NCBI GenBank assembly: GCA_040285745.1
Contig: JAUFOR010000002.1
Span: 434,001 to 498,000, forward strand
Source of the DNA: Barthelona sp. PCE
Taxonomy: Eukaryota
Direction of reading: 5' to 3'
DNA: 64,000 nt
The notes beneath the pieces are model-generated. The model was not told the origin of the DNA. It ran no database searches and saw nothing but the letters and a program-made list of their open reading frames with translations. Position numbers and translations under genes: made by a program. Shown here piece by piece: positions 62,528 through 64,000 of the stretch (positions within the stretch are counted from its first letter, which is position 1; every line of letters begins with the position of its first letter).

Positions 62528-63970
62528 CTATGATTTGCGACGACGAGTGCTCGGTGGACGTCTCTTTTTCTTTGAATTCTTTGCACTAACTGTTTTTGGC
62601 ACAGGTGTATCACTTTTACGTGCTTCAGCGGCTTGTTTCTCCAACCTTTTAATATTTGTTGTATCAATATTGCAACCAAACGTGCTATGGAACAAAGGCA
62701 ACGGGTCAACTGATATGGGGTCGTGCCCATGAAGTGAAGCGAATACTTCTGGCTGAACATCTTCTCCGTCGCACACAAGATCGAATGAACCAACTTGTCT
62801 TAACGCTGGGTCGTGTCGCAGTGGATGTCTCCTTGTCTTAAGCATGGACGGGAGATACAAGCGTCGTTCCATATCGACTACACTAAGCATGTCATGCAAT
62901 AAGCGCATTTTCATTTCTTTATCTGATTGTGTTTCAGCACTCAGTGAAGGCGACGCATTGACTTCAATGAGCCAGGGGTTCATATCACCGTCAATAAGAA
63001 TATCGTAACCATATAACTCAAAACAATGTGGATCGTGGATAACAGAGTTTTGTACTGATTTTAGTGACAAAAGAACAAGTTGCTGCATTTGAGCGAATAA
63101 AATGTCAGTCTCTTCGATGCTATGTTTTGCATTTAAATATCTTCTTAATGAATCAAGTCCCCATTTCGCACCAATACTTTCATCGTAATTTGATGATCCT
63201 TTTTGAAGTGATACATTCGTTAAATGAACATACGCGTTGTCAATGTCGTCCATAGAGTATGGTGTGAAACTGAAACGAGCAAAACCTTCACGATATATAT
63301 ATACAACAAGTGGCCGATAAGAAACAACAAGAACATACAACCTCAAATCAAATTTTTTGCCGCCTACAAGATAGGGGTGGTCAAGGTACATCTGTACAAC
63401 ATAGTTCTCAACACGATGCTCTTCTGTACTTTGACTTTTCCACTGCTCAATGTCTCTAAGTTTCTCAAATAAAAATATACCTTTACCCTGTGCCCTGCCA
63501 ATGGGTTTCATGATCCACACACCCCCTGGCGTCCGCTTAAATTCCTCAACAAACAAAGAGTAATCAGCAGGCAAAACATATGTGGAAGGAAAGAATGTGG
63601 GCATTACAATACCGTTCTTTCGCAATGTACGTCTGTATTTCTTCAGATTCTTTGCGAGTAAATCCTTACGAGTAAGTTCAAAGCTACGCTTGAAATGATT
63701 CAGTTTACGATATCCAATAAGTGGTGTAGATTCGTAATTCTCTCGCATCCACTCGATATTGGCCCATATGATATCCCAGTCATCCTCTTCAACCTCAACA
63801 AATCCACGTTCTTTAAATGTGTTCAGAATTAGTGATCGAATGCAGGTTTTGAATTTGATTCTCTCAGAAGGAACTGGTGTGCTTCCACTGCTTGAATTGT
63901 TTGTCGACCCGCTGTACCTTCGTCGAGTGCTACTGATACGTGTATCGCGAGTACTGGAAGAAGAATTCAT
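62528..63970 (-). CDS. TTLL9: Tubulin polyglutamylase, TTLL9-like
   Basis: ELTRKDLLAKNLK, WIMKPIGRAQGKGIFLF, KFDLRLYV, HLTN, FELYGYDILID, WLIEVNASPS. Confidence 0.85.
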   Translation of the reverse strand: MNSSSSTRDTRISSTRRRYSGSTNNSSSGSTPVPSERIKFKTCIRSLILNTFKERGFVEVEEDDWDIIWANIEWMRENYESTPLIGYRKLNHFKRSFELTRKDLLAKNLKKYRRTLRKNGIVMPTFFPSTYVLPADYSLFVEEFKRTPGGVWIMKPIGRAQGKGIFLFEKLRDIEQWKSQSTEEHRVENYVVQMYLDHPYLVGGKKFDLRLYVLVVSYRPLVVYIYREGFARFSFTPYSMDDIDNAYVHLTNVSLQKGSSNYDESIGAKWGLDSLRRYLNAKHSIEETDILFAQMQQLVLLSLKSVQNSVIHDPHCFELYGYDILIDGDMNPWLIEVNASPSLSAETQSDKEMKMRLLHDMLSVVDMERRLYLPSMLKTRRHPLRHDPALRQVGSFDLVCDGEDVQPEVFASLHGHDPISVDPLPLFHSTFGCNIDTTNIKRLEKQAAEARKSDTPVPKTVSAKNSKKKRRPPSTRRRKS

Positions 63971-64000
63971 GCGGTTCCTTGATGGATCAGATTTTGGTCG

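Noticed and set aside
1-64000. Alternative genetic code (TAA/TAG = Gln as in hexamitids)
   Set aside because: Conserved genes end at TAA, TAG and TGA at expected positions and have no internal stops.

Overview
Compact, intron-poor eukaryotic nuclear DNA in the standard genetic code: 33 complete CDS plus one probable partial, most spacers <150 bp. Gene content suggests a flagellated anaerobic protist: [FeFe]-hydrogenase with an organellar-type presequence, CEP164, TTLL9, a divergent Prp8 and SF3B4. Two frame-restoring short introns have a branch point fused to the 3' splice site (AYTAAYNNNTAG), resembling metamonad introns; the taxonomy is inferred, not verified. The most unusual element is a ~1400-aa protein (54551-58762) joining a propeller-like N-terminus, a Ser/Thr kinase, an internal HECT domain and a lone RBR-type RING2/Rcat domain, so it carries two candidate ubiquitin-accepting cysteines. 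Also notable: a hairpin-compacted 70-nt intron, a densely structured non-coding region at 124-396, AATAAA built into stop codons, abutting or overlapping convergent genes, a NOG1 with an altered P-loop, and head-to-head GLTP-fold paralogs. No rRNA, tRNA, CRISPR or recognisable transposon was seen. All calls are from motif recognition by eye; no searches were run.
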